From Eledone cirrhosa (Eukaryota): a stretch of 64,000 nt of DNA. The position numbers and the translations under genes were made by a program. Within the stretch, counting starts at the first letter, position 1; every line of letters starts with the position of its first letter. The DNA is taken from contig OZ024742.1 in assembly GCA_964016885.1 (NCBI GenBank), positions 117,862,001-117,926,000 of the forward strand, given 5' to 3'. The notes beneath the pieces are model-generated. The model searched no databases, was not told the origin of the DNA, and worked only from the letters and a program-made list of their open reading frames with translations. This document shows positions 38,707-53,007 of the stretch, one piece after another.

Positions 38707-38735
<29 letters not shown>
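38406..38735 (+). mobile_element. Deleted RTE fragment with (AAG)n tail
   Basis: DEIRPEILNAL, WQSGVII and NYRRISFLSRPGKVY joined to an RTE 3' end. Confidence 0.75.
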
Positions 38736-38787
<52 letters not shown>

Positions 38788-39462
38788 ATAAAAATCTAAA
38801 AACACATTTTCTGACATAAATAGAAAATCCTCTTACGGGATCAAAGCAAAATTAAGATAATCTTCAGCAAGTTTGCCAAAGAATTTTGAAAACAATGTGT
38901 AATAATGTGTTTCCTGTATAGAGACGATATCTTTCTTAGCAAGTTTAAGGATTAAAATGAAGTTGAACAAATTAAAATAGATCAAAGAAGCAGAAGCTGA
39001 TGGAGTTTCGATTGTAGAAGCATGGAAAATTTACCGACACATCTGTAAGCTGGTGGTTGACGATTGTGTTGAGGGAATCCTTATCAGTCAATCGAATGGC
39101 TTTCCAGATGTAATTTGTGAACAGACCCAGTAACTGATTAAAGGTGAATTATTTTCTGCATTTAAAACAGAAAGCCTAATAAATGAGATGTAGTGTAGGA
39201 AATGCTAATATGGAAATTCATTATGAAAGATCGGAGATTATGAGACCTAGCATTTGTGGAGACTTTGAATCGTTGTTACTGTATAGTTCATGTCAATTCT
39301 GATCGATTATTTTTCCAGTTATATTATGCTTCATCCTAACTAAGTACTACACTGAGCATTCCGACATGCAGTTTTAAATACGACAGTCTCATTATGTTTA
39401 TTTTTTCCACTGTCAAGTCAATCTCTGTACGCCTGTAGATTTGGGTAATAGAATCGTAATGG

Positions 39463-39546
39463 AAGCAAATGAAGTTTAATTCAAGCAAATGAAGTTTAAT
39501 TCAAGCAAATGAAGTTTAATTCAAGCAAATGAAGTTTAATTCAAGC
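39463..39546. repeat. 20-bp minisatellite, ~4.2 copies of AAGCAAATGAAGTTTAATTC
   Basis: Perfect tandem copies with no spacers. Confidence 0.95.
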
Positions 39547-40462
39547 TGAGTAAGACAATTGCTTTTCTTCTGCGCATATTATTGGAGTTGTGCCACATCA
39601 GTAACATCCTCAACTTTTTAACACCGTGTTTGTAGCTGGTGAGGCTATTGGTGTTGCAGTTACTTTTGAGTGGATATGTTTTATTTGTTTGTACGTGTTG
39701 AATACAAAAGGATTGTGTTTTTGAATACTGTTGCAGTTGCATTCTATGTTTAGAGATGTTTTTTATGCAGTAACAAGGGCTGTCCGATGTTGGGATTTGC
39801 TGCGGCGGTAAAACATTATACGCCTCTCATATTTAGGAGCCAACGTAGAAGCTACTAGGCTAAAGTGAGTAGCCAAATCTCCTTCGAATTTTACTTTCAT
39901 GCATTAAAACAGTATGTCAGAAAAGAAAGCGAAATGAGCACGATGGGAGTAACTGTCGAATAATGTAACACAAACATTGAGGTTTTTAACAGTATGCTGT
40001 TGAGGCTAGTAAATAGTTCTTTCCTTGAAATGCATAGCGATTGTGTCTTTGTTCTGTTAAATGTCATGTCTCCATGAAAGAATCCCAAGAATGAGAAGTC
40101 GTTACGTAAAGACATGATACAAGTAATACCTTTAATGAGTAATAAGGATACAGTGTTACGTGTTTTCATTCTCACATAAATATTCACACGTTTATATATA
40201 TATATATATATATATATAAGAAAAATGAGGTGTTTTTTTTTAAATGAAAAAAAAACGAGATGTCCTACACGAGTGAAAGTATAAGGAAAAAGGATGAAAT
40301 CGAAATTGCAACTGGGGTCTTTTTAAGAATATTTATTTTTTTTTATATTTCCTTTGGCGGTCTCACAGTTCTTATGCTTTTCAAAAGTAGAATTGAGATG
40401 GAGGGTTTGTGGTTTTTCTCGCATCTATATATGTACATAAATACATACATACATACATACAT

Positions 40463-41070
40463 AGTGGCTGCCAACCCGTTTTCGAGTACGGCCACTACTT
40501 TATATCCATGTAGGAGAACCCCTACCGATGCGCTGAACGAGTGTGACTTTTTAGTCCAGCCAGCGACTTGAAAACTCTAGTACAAACACTACACTTGTGA
40601 CAATTATTGACACATAGTGCTGGGCCCATGGTAAAATGTGACGACATGTGCAGAGAGATCTCCAGATATAAAGCAATGCCTGTGCCGTGAAGCTTTTATA
40701 GTAAGCAAAGGCACTGCACAAAGCCAGTCCCACTCTCTTAACCAAGATGATATTTACCAAAAAGAAGAACAAGTCAACATCATTGGATACCATCAGAGTT
40801 GCAGGTGTTATATCAGAGTTTTCCTTCTCCTAGAATTCTGCCTTGACAAAGGCTAAGGGGTCATCTCTCCCGGTGATTTTGGATGGCCATTGACTCTTAA
40901 GAGCTCGTTTGCCCTTTGACAGGTTTTGTTTTTAGTCCTGCAGGATGTCCAAAGTCACCCTCCTTACCCCCAAAACCTTGGTGGGGTTGCCAGTTTAGTC
41001 GCCAACGACCCGACCGTGAGACATGTTGTACTGGGATACATGTTACCAGTAGCACCAACTGGTGACCTGA
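40463..41070 (-). mobile_element. Third copy of the ~605 bp RTE-derived retroposon, in (ACAT)n
   Basis: Collinear with 6107-6710 with the same termini. Confidence 0.85.
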
Positions 41071-41294
41071 CATATACATACATACATGCATACATACATA
41101 TATATATATATATATACACACACATACATATATATAGATATGTACATATATACATATATATATATATAGAAGAAGTCAGTATGCCCGTGGGTACTAAGTA
41201 CCCCTGGAAATACATAGGTTGTCTATGATTTAAGGTTGTTCTATGGTATCAATTTTTTTTTTAAATTGGTTGAATTTTGCTTGTTCCGCTTATA

Positions 41295-41375
<81 letters not shown>

Positions 41376-41482
41376 CGGCAGAATCGTTAGAACCTAGGAT
41401 AGAATGCTTTATGATATCCATTCCAGCTCTCTGCTCTCTGAGTTCAAATCCTGCCGAGGTCAACTTTGCCTTTCATCCTTTC
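41376..41482 (+). mobile_element. Meta-type SINE 5' part
   Basis: gagttcaaatcctgccgaggtcaactttgcctttcatcctttc. Confidence 0.8.
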
Positions 41483-41547
41483 AATCAATCTGATAAACCA
41501 CTCCAAGTCGTTTACCATACACATAGATATTTGGTTCACTGTACTAC

Positions 41548-42015
41548 CTACCAGGGGCAGGTTGGTACATGACGACGGTTTTCTTGGGACTAACAGTCAA
41601 TCCTAGGGCAGTGCAAGCATCAGAAAATGCATTCAAAATGTGCTGCATATCACTCTCTGCGTGCGCTACAAGATCGCAATCATCTGCATACAAAAGGTCT
41701 CTTATGATTGATGTAAATACTTTTGTTTTTGCAGCAAAGCGCTTGATGTTAAATATGCTGCCTGAGGTTCGATATTGGATGATAAACACCATGCTCGAAA
41801 TTCCTGAATACAATATAGAAAACCATTGCAAAGTATATGGCAAACAGGGTCGGTGCTGGAATATCCCCCTGTTTCACTCCATTTTTTACTGATATAGGCT
41901 CCGACATGTTACCTCTGACATTAACCGAAGCCTTCATGTCGTCATGGAAAGACTTAACCAAAGCAAGGAACTTATCAGGGCAACCAAGTTTCTGGAGAAC
42001 CTTCCACAATGCATT
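41548..42015 (-). mobile_element. RTE (BovB-like) RT fragment
   Basis: LWKVLQKLGCPDKF, GVKQGDIPAPTLF and LLYADDCDL. Confidence 0.88.
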
Positions 42016-42365
42016 GTGCACTGAGCCAATCCCACTCTCTGAGCGACAGTAGCTATGACCCGAAAAGAAGAAGAGATCAACATCATCGGTAACTACTGAA
42101 CCGCAGGTTTTATGTCAGAATTAACCCAGTTTCCTGAGATGCCTTCTCCTAGAAGAATGCCCTGAAAAGGGCTAGGGGTTCTTCACTCCCAGTGGTTTAA
42201 GTGCGCGATTATTTCTATGTCCCCGCGCACGAAAAAAAAAGCTCAGTTATTGACACTCATACGTACGACCCCCCCCCCCCTCATACACACTCACTCACAC
42301 ACGCACACATCAACACTCATGCATACAAAGAAACACACACACGCCACTCACTTGCACACGCACAA

Positions 42366-42397
<32 letters not shown>

Positions 42398-43070
42398 TAC
42401 CGTCATTACTGATACACGATTATGTCAACTGTTGACTTTCGAAAGATTCCGTATAATTGAAGCCGTTCGTGTTACTATTCAGTATTATTATAATTGCTTT
42501 ACAGCATAGAGCTATGGCCCTCCACGCTCCGAGCTCAAATCCCGTCGAGGTCAACCATGCCTTTCTTCCCCACGGAGCACCAGTACTGCGATGGGACAAT
42601 CGCTGGCTCCGTACCAAAAGCAGAAAAATTATTATTATTATAGTTGTTGTTTTCTTAAGGCCCGATCGCTGGTGATGGTGATGGTGATGGTGGTGGTGGT
42701 GGATGGTGGCAGTTGATGTTGTTTTTATGTTGTTTTTTTTATCGCTTGATGCCGCAGTTGTTGTAAATGTTCATTTCATGCTGATGCTGTTGGTGTAGAC
42801 ATTGGTGACCGGTGTTGTTGTAGACGCTGGGTTGAAATTTGGTGTTTTGACTGAGTGATATATATATATATACACATACATACATATATATATATATACA
42901 CACACATTCAACACAGCGTAAGGAGTTTGGCAACAGGTCAGTCACCTTAGTCTAGATAGGGTAAAGACTTGTGTAAATGTAAATGTAGTGGTGGGGAGAG
43001 AGTGTAGACGTTATTGTGGTGGTGGGGGGCAGTGAGATGTATTTAGTTCATTTGTCCGTTTTCTCCTCTT
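42016..43070. repeat. ~1.05 kb composite interspersed repeat, copy 2
   Basis: Collinear with 4604-5660. Confidence 0.85.
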
Positions 43071-43327
43071 TTCAAAATTTGAATTTGAATTTTAGCTATG
43101 TTATATTGGGATGTAAGTAAATGTAAAATGTAAAATGTAAATAAAGATTGCTCTGGAAAAATGTATGAAAATATTTGTGTAACTTCCACAACTTCTGTCA
43201 GACTATTTCCCGAGTCTAGTGAGCAAACATTTTGTTTCAGAATACAAAAATTAATCAAAACTTACCCTACGAAAAGACACCGTGTGTTGTCCGATCTATA
43301 AGCTCCCTATATACATACATACACACA

Positions 43328-43414
<87 letters not shown>

Positions 43415-43460
43415 GAAAAGTATAGAAATTGTTGTAGCGAGAAGCTAACAGTATTCCATA

Positions 43461-43558
<98 letters not shown>

Positions 43559-43649
43559 AGATTTGAATGGATACAGTTTAGTTGAAAGGAATTTATTGAC
43601 ACGTGTTTCTATAACAGTTACATAACCTGAAAACAGCTGCTATCTACAA

Positions 43650-43720
43650 AGTATTAGTTATGCAGACATTCAATATTTCAATGTTATTATTTACTGTCAT
43701 TTCATCAGAATAATATTACT
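43650..43720 (-). ncRNA. Hammerhead motif with intact core and weak stem I, probably from a PLE 3' repeat
   Basis: Minus strand: CUGAUGA-AAUG...CAUU-GAAA-UAUUGAAUG-UC; a second GAAACACGUGUC half lies at ~43598-43609. Confidence 0.5.
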
Positions 43721-44247
43721 GAGGACCTGTTTGGTTTTTATAGAGAATATTAGGAGGGGTGAAGTTGTTAGAAGAATAGTTGAGGGAGTGGTTTTTTGAT
43801 AGCAGTGAGAATTTTTGGTGGCAGTGAGTAATTAGATTCCCATCTGTTGTTTTGACATTTTTATAGAATATATTATTGGTTATTTTTCTAAATCTATAGA
43901 AGGATTAGAGATAGTAAAGATATGCGTGTTTGGTTTTGTGTTTGCACTTAATTAACATTTAGACTTAAATTTTTCTTTCAAGTGTACGTATCCTTTCACC
44001 CACGCATTCACACACAAACATATTTGCACACCTCTACAAAATACATATACTCACATTCACATAGTAACATGTTCATACTTACAAACATATACACATGCAT
44101 ACATATATATATACACACATGTATTCATGTACATACATACGCGTTCATGTGTTTTCTACTCAATTTCTACTCAATTTCTACTCAATTTCTACTCATTTTT
44201 CTACTCAACTTATCTTTATATACACACGTATATATACATATACATAT

Positions 44248-44322
<75 letters not shown>

Positions 44323-45288
44323 TGACTAAACATACAAGTGCTATTCCTTCGTGAAAAAATGTTTTTTCGTCTTTTCCATTTTTTTACACTCTTTTATCCT
44401 TCTATTTCTTCTATTCCTTATTCTGTCTTCCAACGATGAAGTAATATCCGAAACATTAAGATTCTTTTTTAATGTATTAAGCGTTAAACTAACATTTTTC
44501 TCCTGTCTTGTTTTCCTTTATTGACGTCTTGCATATGTATATTCACACAAAAACATACATTTTTTTTGGGGGGGGGGGGGATTCTGAATTAATCTTCCGT
44601 ACCAATTTTTACATTTACTTCGTACGAACTTTAATGTAGCTTGCACTAGAACTTTTGTATCGTGGCGGCACCCTTAGAGATAGTATTAGTATTCTTTTTC
44701 GGGACTCTGAATTATTATTTCGTATTAGTTTACTTTTTTGCACTGGGTGGTTGCTGGCCTTGTGCCTGTGGTAGAAACCTTTATTTATTATTTCGTGGTA
44801 GTTTCTTTAGTATTTTGGCCCCCCACTTGTTGACCCGTCACCGTAAGATATACCCGGTTTATTACTTATACCTCTTAAAAGGGTCTCATTATAATTCCGT
44901 CCCACCTAGTATATTTTTTTTCAGCCTAGCAGTACCAGTGAGAGACTTAGGTCGTAGTAACCAGAAATTGTTTATTTTTACATTTAATTGCTTTTTAACA
45001 CTCTCAGTATTTTCCTATATATTTACCCCTTATTGTTCTACTTATTGTTTCGACTTCCTCCCCCTCCCCCTCCCCCTCCCTAGTATCTTCTTTGACCTCA
45101 TGCCCAGCTGTAGTCGGCACTATCAACGCATGAATGGGTCTCCTCCACCCCCCCCCCCCTCCATCTTTCTCCTACTGGCAGGTTTAGCTACCCCTTCCCT
45201 CCACAAATTGCCATCATAGAATTATTATGTCTCAACAACAAACTTTTGACCAATCCTTGTGACAATCACTTTGACCATATATGGAATT

Positions 45289-45384
45289 ACCCCTTGAGAA
45301 GCTCGGCTATTCAAATACCAGGATAAAAATTTTCCTTTACTCCAGAATTAGCCGTCGAAACGGCTTGAGCTCAGCCGTCGGGGT
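45289..45384 (+). ncRNA. Hammerhead relic with intact stems and mutated CUGANGA box
   Basis: ACCCC/GGGGU stem I, UUGAGAA box, CGGCUAUUC/GAAUUAGCCG stem II, GAAA, ACGGC/GCCGU stem III, site GUC. Confidence 0.55.
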
Positions 45385-45394
45385 CCTACTCGTT

Positions 45395-45477
<83 letters not shown>

Positions 45478-45554
45478 GTATATATATACATATATATATA
45501 TATGTATATATATATGTATATATATATATATATATATTTATAAATATATATTCA

Positions 45555-45610
<56 letters not shown>

Positions 45611-45884
45611 TATATATATAAGCATTTTATGAACTAGGATATCCCATTCCATTTCAGCACTTCATTTTTGACGGAACTGCAGTAGCATTGTGAAATTCTA
45701 GATGAACTTAAGTTCCAACAACTATTCCAAACTCTCATTCATATCCCGAGAGATGTTTATAATCACAGGAGAAGAATGCTAAGGAAAGAAACGTCTGGAT
45801 TCCAGACAGAAATAAAAATAGTGAATAGATGTGTGTATGTATGTATGCATGTATGTTTTATGTATGTATGTATGTAAACATATA

Positions 45885-45920
<36 letters not shown>

Positions 45921-46001
45921 TGTATGTATGTATATGTATGTATATATGTATGTATATATATATATATATATGTATGTATATATGTATGCAAACATATATG
46001 C

Positions 46002-46115
<114 letters not shown>

Positions 46116-46419
46116 GAATACTTACATAGATACATATATATATATTTATTTATTTATAACCATATAGCCAGTAAGTGAGCGTGTATTTGCTTTTGTTTAT
46201 ATAATTATATACTTTCCATTATAGATTTCTTAGATAGTCGTTAGTTTTCTAGTATATTATTTATTTATTTAATCAATTTAAACATCCGTATAGAGGCTTT
46301 AAGCCATGACAAGCTTGAGGAGATATAAAATACTCTTTACTGTTAAAAATACAAAAAGAAAAACGAGAGACAGAGAGAAAAGAAATGAAAAAGAGCAACG
46401 TAAAGCAAGAGAAGCATAG

Positions 46420-47510
46420 GTTTTTTAAAACGGTGAAAAACAAGGGCAGCTATAAAGCAGCTAAATGTTTCTGGGGTTGAAATTTTCCTTAGAATTCATG
46501 TACTAAAAATCGTATATATAGTTGGTAGATCTTTGACAATATATTGCATCTCTAATCTCGCTATTTTTTTTAAAGATCTGTTTCAGGATGCCTTCTCTAT
46601 CAGACTAGTTTCTTCATTAGAACAAATAGTGCCAAAGTGTTTCTGGGAAGCCTCCACAAGAACATAGAGGTGATTCTCTACCACCTGCTCTTTATAAAAT
46701 ATAGTTCAACGTATATGGCCTGTTCAAATCCAACTTAGTCTTTGCTTTGTAACATTATTCAGATCTGTCTTAGACAATAGATGATTGAAATGTGGCAGCT
46801 TATCTCAAGAATTTGACTTGCGATAGAATTGGAATGTAGACTATATCTATTACCTCCCTTTGTACTCACTCCTTTGCTAATTCATCTGCTTCCCTATTTC
46901 CCCTAATATCTATATGGCCTGGTATTCAAATCATTGTTTGTTTATCACTCTCAATATTTTTAAACCGTTCTCTTTTTCTTGATTGAAACAGTTCTAACTT
47001 CGATATCAGTAAATAGGAATCTTTTTTTCCATGGTATTTCTTTTGCTAAATCTATGAATAATATTATTCCCCACCACACTGCATCAAATATTCTGAAATC
47101 CTGCTGTAATTTGTTAAAACACTGGCTGTGTAATATTGTCATGGAATTCTTTTGCTTCCTCTGTTGAGGTTTTAATTGGTATCATAAACGATTTTAATTA
47201 CTCTGCCCAAGGAGGAAGCCAAATATTATATTGCTTCAAGATTATGGAAGTGAATCAATTGTGTTTTAGAGGGACCAAATCGTTGACCATTTTCGTGTGC
47301 CCATTTAGTTGCTGCATTTAAGTGGGCTGTGCATAATTTGGTTTTGTTGTTACGGATGAAGCTAGACGAAGTATATAAGTTGATACCATCTGCAAATGTT
47401 AACGCTTCCACCATTTCATTTAGAGATGTAAACAAATCTGCTGTCTAAAATAGAAAGAGAATGGTTAAAACTAGAGAACCTTGTGAGAGAGCCATTAGAA
47501 AGTAAATATC
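46420..47510 (-). mobile_element. Degenerate I-group LINE (RT plus RNase H relic)
   Basis: LTFADGINLY and IPGHIDIRGNREADELAK (RNase H W.P.H..I.GNE.AD.LAK motif). Confidence 0.75.
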
Positions 47511-47534
47511 ATTAACTCATGTTTAATTAATCCT

Positions 47535-47616
47535 TAGTCTTAGATTCTTCCGCGCCGTTCTTCGGCGCATCGAGCAGCAAGTACTCGCCAACAGTCACGA
47601 TCAACGGCAACTTTTG
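47535..47616 (-). mobile_element. 82-bp RTE 3' end with TSD
   Basis: VAVDRDCWRVLAARCAEERRGRI* then CTAAGACTAA; TSD aattaatcct at 47525-47534 and 47617-47626. Confidence 0.8.
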
Positions 47617-47764
47617 AATTAATCCTAGACATATGAAAAACAAGTTTGAAGCTAATAAACATTGAAATGGTTATCATAAATTTCAAAATGTCTTTATTCG
47701 ACTGACTTAGTGAAAGGATTTTGCTTGACAAATGTTCGTATGAAAGGAGCCACTTTTCACCAGG

Positions 47765-47975
47765 TGAGGTACATTTTTTATGGGAAAAATCAACCAGCAA
47801 TCGATCCAGGGGTAGACCCCCCCAAGCAAGATTGTTGGATAACATCCATGGGTTTGGCTGGTCTCGCTTGGGAATCCAGCCTGATCAGTTGAAGACGGTT
47901 GCTTCTGACAGATCCGATGGAAGGAGTGTTTGAGAACTCAGCCCCCACGACCCTCTCAGGAAGAAGTTACATGGA
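47765..47975 (+). mobile_element. RTE 3' end fragment
   Basis: RSRGRP..RLLDNIHGFGWSRLGI matches the reverse of 15480-15660. Confidence 0.75.
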
Positions 47976-48009
47976 AAGAACTTAATCTGCATCCCATCAA
48001 TGCCTACGT

Positions 48010-48200
48010 AACAATTGTTTCTACTTTTGGCACAAAGTTAGTAATTTTGGGGGCAGGGGGAGTCTTGACTGGTTCTTTATTTTATCGACCCCGAAATGAT
48101 GAAACGCAAAGTTTACCTAGGCAGGATTTGAATTCAGAACATAACAAAACGCTGCAAAGTAGTTTGTCCGATACCCTATAGCTTCTGTCAATTAACCACC
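48010..48200 (-). mobile_element. Meta-type SINE
   Basis: Family match, diverged. Confidence 0.75.
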
Positions 48201-49815
48201 TCAAGCCTACGCATTTGAAGATTTTAATGGTTGAATTTAATAGAAATTCCATGATCATGAAAGAATTTCGTGGTGAAAAATGTGGTGTAATGTTTAATGA
48301 ATTATTCAGATAAAGATAAATATAGTTTATAGGTTGTCGCGAAGTAGAAATAAGAGACATAAATGAGTGTAAAATGTAGTTTGTGAGTAAATAAAAATAA
48401 TGTTTATTAGAAATAAAGAAACCATTATAAGAGTAAAAGAAATATCAAAAGATATTTCCACACTGGGCAGGATTTTGCGATTTACAGTAGACAAAGTTAT
48501 TGCTACACAAGCGAATTACAATATTTAGTATGTTGCAACACAGATTTATAATTGGTCGTATTATCTGTAGAATACATGTTTTCTGCTAAGACGACTGACT
48601 TTCGTACTTCCAACCTAACTAGCTGTAACTATATACAGTAGAAGAATTTCCCAAGGGTGTCTTTTGCATGAAGAATATATAGTTAAATGCAGACTATCAC
48701 ATATACTTACTAATTTCAGTTGACTGAAAACATTTTCGGCTCACCGTATTAGGCATTGTCGCTTAGACTTAATTATATACCATAGATATATGCAAACTAA
48801 AATGTAATTATTTTAACGTACCAGAAATCAAATCAGTATAATGTTAACTTTGAACATTTAGGTTTTATCGTAAATGCCCAGACTAGCATTTGAATTATAT
48901 ATTTTGATTGTTCCTCTTAGAAACTCTATACGTTCTGCCAAATCAGACAGACAGTCGTTTATAAAGATATGAACTAGCAGAATGCTATACTGAATGCCCT
49001 TCAACATCTAATCACGTCTGTTCGTGTTCTAAATGCAAATCTTGCTGGGATGGATTTCTCTTTGACAAAGAAAATTAGAAATGTATTCATGAACTAATTG
49101 ATATATATAGAAATTATATTAAATGAAGAATGCTTTTAACAGTATATATAATATAACTAATATGCTTAAGCAGTAATTAACAACACTTGTTACACAATGG
49201 AAAATAAGATATATCCAAACATCTAAAAATGTAGCTATTTTAAGATTAGTTAAACATTGTTTCAGTAGATTTAGAAACACGGAAGGAATATTTCTTCAAG
49301 GAAGTATGTAAACAAACTGTAGGTCTTGGAATATGATTATAATTATGTTTATAAATAACGTCTTCTAACATAAAGTACTAACTTTAGAAAACTGACGGTT
49401 TTTCTTTAAAATTAGGAAATATAATACCTCAGGAAAAACAAGTAGTTAGTACTTTAGATATTTCTATTTATTTACCTCTGGGAAATACCAGATCGTTACC
49501 AGTCTTCGAAAATTGTTTGTATATATAAATTGTTATGAAATGATCTTTAATGACAAAAAGTTGCTAAATGAGTTTGTTTCTAAACGAAAACAAAATTCTA
49601 TCAAAATGGAACGGATTACTCCGTGAAATATGATGTTTGCCGTTTTATTAGATTATGAATTTGGAGAAACATTCTAAAACATATTCAATTCAAGAGTCAG
49701 TTTAATACATTTAATCAATTGTTAAACTTTCTTGATTAGAGATATCCACAAATGGATCACAATTCCAATTGTATTCAGGGTTGAGAAAATGATAGGGTTT
49801 TATATTTACTATTTT

Positions 49816-50820
49816 TCTATATATAAAACAGAGGATGTCTGTCTGTGTAAATCCCGAAAACTCGAGAAGTATCCGACCGATTTTTTTTTAAACTTTACAC
49901 ATGCGTTACTCATATTTCTTGAAGTGCAATGGGCTAAAACAATTTTAACTTTTTCTGCCCTAGGGTCCGCATTAGGCGAAAAAACACATTTTTTAGGCAT
50001 TTTTAGGTTTATTTTGAGGCGTAACTGAGATAATCCAGCCGATTTCCTCGAAATTTGCAGCATACATTGGTTAGTCCCCTCGCATTGCTGTGGCCAAACA
50101 ATATTCTGATTCCATTAATTGTTTCTAGGAAATTTACGAATTAGCATTGGGCATTACATGCCATTTTCATCTTCAATATAAACGCTACTTAAACATCGTA
50201 AGTAGCGCATATTTCGTTAAAAATTTGGTTTATTTAACAGAGGACACAACACTTACTTACTTTTAAGCAGGACCCTTTTCGGTGGATTGAGGAAATGAGG
50301 AGGACCTTAAAATGTTTGTCGGCGCCCTGTTGACGCTTCGTGCTTTCATCACGCGCAAATCCGGGCCCTGTGTACATTGTCGTGTTATTGACACCCTAAA
50401 ACTCACGTCTGTGTTACTTCTACTAAGACCCCTTTTGTTGCACCTACACCGCAGTATGAATGCCCTGCGCAAGTACGCCGAACAGCGGTTGTGCTAATCC
50501 CGCGGTGACCCCACTTGTCGCACTTTTGTTGCTGTCTAAACGCAGTGCAACCAGTGCCGCCCAGCGTTAGTGCTAATTGCACTATGACCCCCTTCTGCTG
50601 CAGCTGCGTTGCCATGCTGATTTCGTCATCTCAATATCCCTACTTAAACGTACATCTCTACTTGGTTTTCACGCAATTGACTACGTCGCTCCTCAATCAT
50701 TGCCTGAGAATAAGGGAATTCAAAAAGTACACAGCTACATTCCTCAATCTTTGCATATGCATGTTGCTATTTCACGTTTCCTACCCCGTCCTGCTGTTAG
50801 TTTTCATTAAAAATAAAAAA
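49816..50820 (+). mobile_element. Possible Helitron 5' region
   Basis: TCTATATATAAAAC...gtctgtctgtgt start resembles 13351; weak CC...P..L...IR..Y RepHel-like remnant; 3' end not found. Confidence 0.4.
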
Positions 50821-50872
50821 TGAACAAAGTCTCTGCAACTGTGACATGTTCGTTCGGTTTGTTAGGACATGT

Positions 50873-51030
50873 GAAAGCGCGTGACTCAGTGGTTAGGGTG
50901 TTCGGCACACGATCGTAAAGATGTGAGTTCGATTCCTGGCTGTCAGACACTTTATTTTACATTACTCCAGGCCACTCAGCTAGTAAAAATGGGTTGTATC
51001 TATAATTCAGTCTTGTCACATTTGTGACAC
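50873..51030 (+). mobile_element. tRNA-derived CORE-type SINE
   Basis: A box TGACTCAGTGG, B box GTTCGATTCC, ...ccactcagctagtaaaaatgggt. Confidence 0.7.
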
Positions 51031-51537
51031 GCAGATTTTAAGCAACATATCCTTTCTTTCAGGCTCTCCGCCATCACAACTAACTAACTAGTCTCTTAAT
51101 TCACTTACTATACTAATAAACTCATTCCTCCGCTCCTGCTTCTTTTTATCTATTATACATTCAGTATGTTATTTATACAAAATTTACTCTTTTTTATTTG
51201 TTCTAATACTCCACTCTAATAAATACCATGTTTTCGTGGTGAGAATGTGTATGTCACTAAAACTGAATTTCTTTATAATAATTCTGTTCCTAAAGTATGG
51301 TGGTGTAATCTGACTAATTTATTTTTAAATCTACACCTAGAAACACAGATTAAATTATGTCAAAGTAGCCTAAAGTTTCTATGTTTAATTTTGAATAATA
51401 CTGATATCAGAATTATAGTTTCAGCACAGGAGCGTTGTGTACACCCTGATAATATCCACCATGACAATAATAACCATACTTAACAATATAACTCTGTAAT
51501 TTTCCTTGATATTTCAATTATTAGAGACCTCTCTCGA

Positions 51538-51760
51538 GGGCGGTGGATTGGCAGTATCGGTAGAGGGTCGGACGCCATGCTTTGCTGCATAGAGTTACGG
51601 CTCTTTATGATCTGAGTTCAAATCCCGCCGAGGTTAACTTAGCCTTTCATCCCTACGAGGTCGATAAAATAAAGTAACATTCACGCACTGGAGTCAATTT
51701 AATCGACTTTCCACTCCCCCCAAATTGTTGGTCTTCTGCCTATATAAGAAACTATTATTA
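51538..51760 (+). mobile_element. Meta-type SINE
   Basis: Family match. Confidence 0.9.
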
Positions 51761-51787
51761 AAGATCTCTCAGATATATTTTACATCA

Positions 51788-52130
51788 TGCTTTCAAAAGA
51801 CAGTAATAATCTAAAGAAGCAGAACACACTATCGATGAATCAGAATATGGAACTTGTAAAGAAATTCGAGACTGGCCCATCGGTGGCGAGAGTCTGTTAA
51901 GGGCAGGACGTTATACAGTTTCGGACTAACTTACTGAATTTTATTTGAAATATATTGATGCAAATTCAAAACCACCATCTATTGAAACAAAGAGACGTAT
52001 AAGAGCTACAAGTACAAATCTGGAGGAAATAGTAACGAAGTGGTTTATCCATCAATCAACTGTTAACATCACCAGTATTGTAGAAATTTTAAGCTATGCT
52101 GCCAAATTAGATAGGCATATGGGCATCAAA
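51788..52130 (+). pseudogene. Tigger/pogo transposase N-terminal CENP-B-type HTH relic
   Basis: TLSMNQNMELVKKFETGPSVARVC and KRRIRA....LEEIVTKWF. Confidence 0.55.
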
Positions 52131-52742
52131 AATTATTTATTGGAGGTTCCCTCCACCATATAACTGGAGAAATAAGATTCTGCATACATACATCCCCCGT
52201 CAAACGAACACTACAGCCATGTTTGAGTCGCATGTCTCGTAAAATTCTCTACGATAAATGTGTTGCTGGAAAACCAAAGAAGGCATTCAAATACTAGCTG
52301 AAAAACAATTTACGGATGAAAAGCACCAGCTCTTCAAGACATCTCCAGCCGCCATTCGCTTTGTCAGTCTCACTGTTTGAGAGGCATTTATGATATAGAG
52401 GAGAAACATCATCAGCACTACCAGGAGTTTTCAAACAAATATTTACATGTCCCATTTGGGACCCAGGTTTCCCATAAAGAATTAGTCATTAAAAATATAT
52501 ACAAATTAAAAAGGCTAGATATTATCGGTTTCGATGGACAAACATTAGCATAAAAAACATATGTATATATATATATGTGTGGCAACCTGAACATTTCAAA
52601 AGAGTTAATCTTGAAACAGGTTGGTAATATTGATAATATTTTTGTTTATAGGTATTTGGATTTGGTTATATGTAAAAACATTTAGTGGAAAGTATTATCT
52701 AAAGGCACGTGTGCTTTCGACTTTTTAAACCTCTCTCTTTTC

Positions 52743-53000
<258 letters not shown>

Positions 53001-53007
53001 GTATATA

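Noticed and set aside
39463-39546. 20-bp repeats as a possible CRISPR array
   Set aside because: Contiguous units with no spacers
44153-44208. Repeated AATTTCTACT resembling a Cas12a CRISPR repeat
   Set aside because: It is an 11-bp tandem minisatellite with no spacers, in eukaryotic DNA with no cas genes
50873-50945. tRNA gene
   Set aside because: A and B boxes are present but there is no full cloverleaf; it continues into a SINE body
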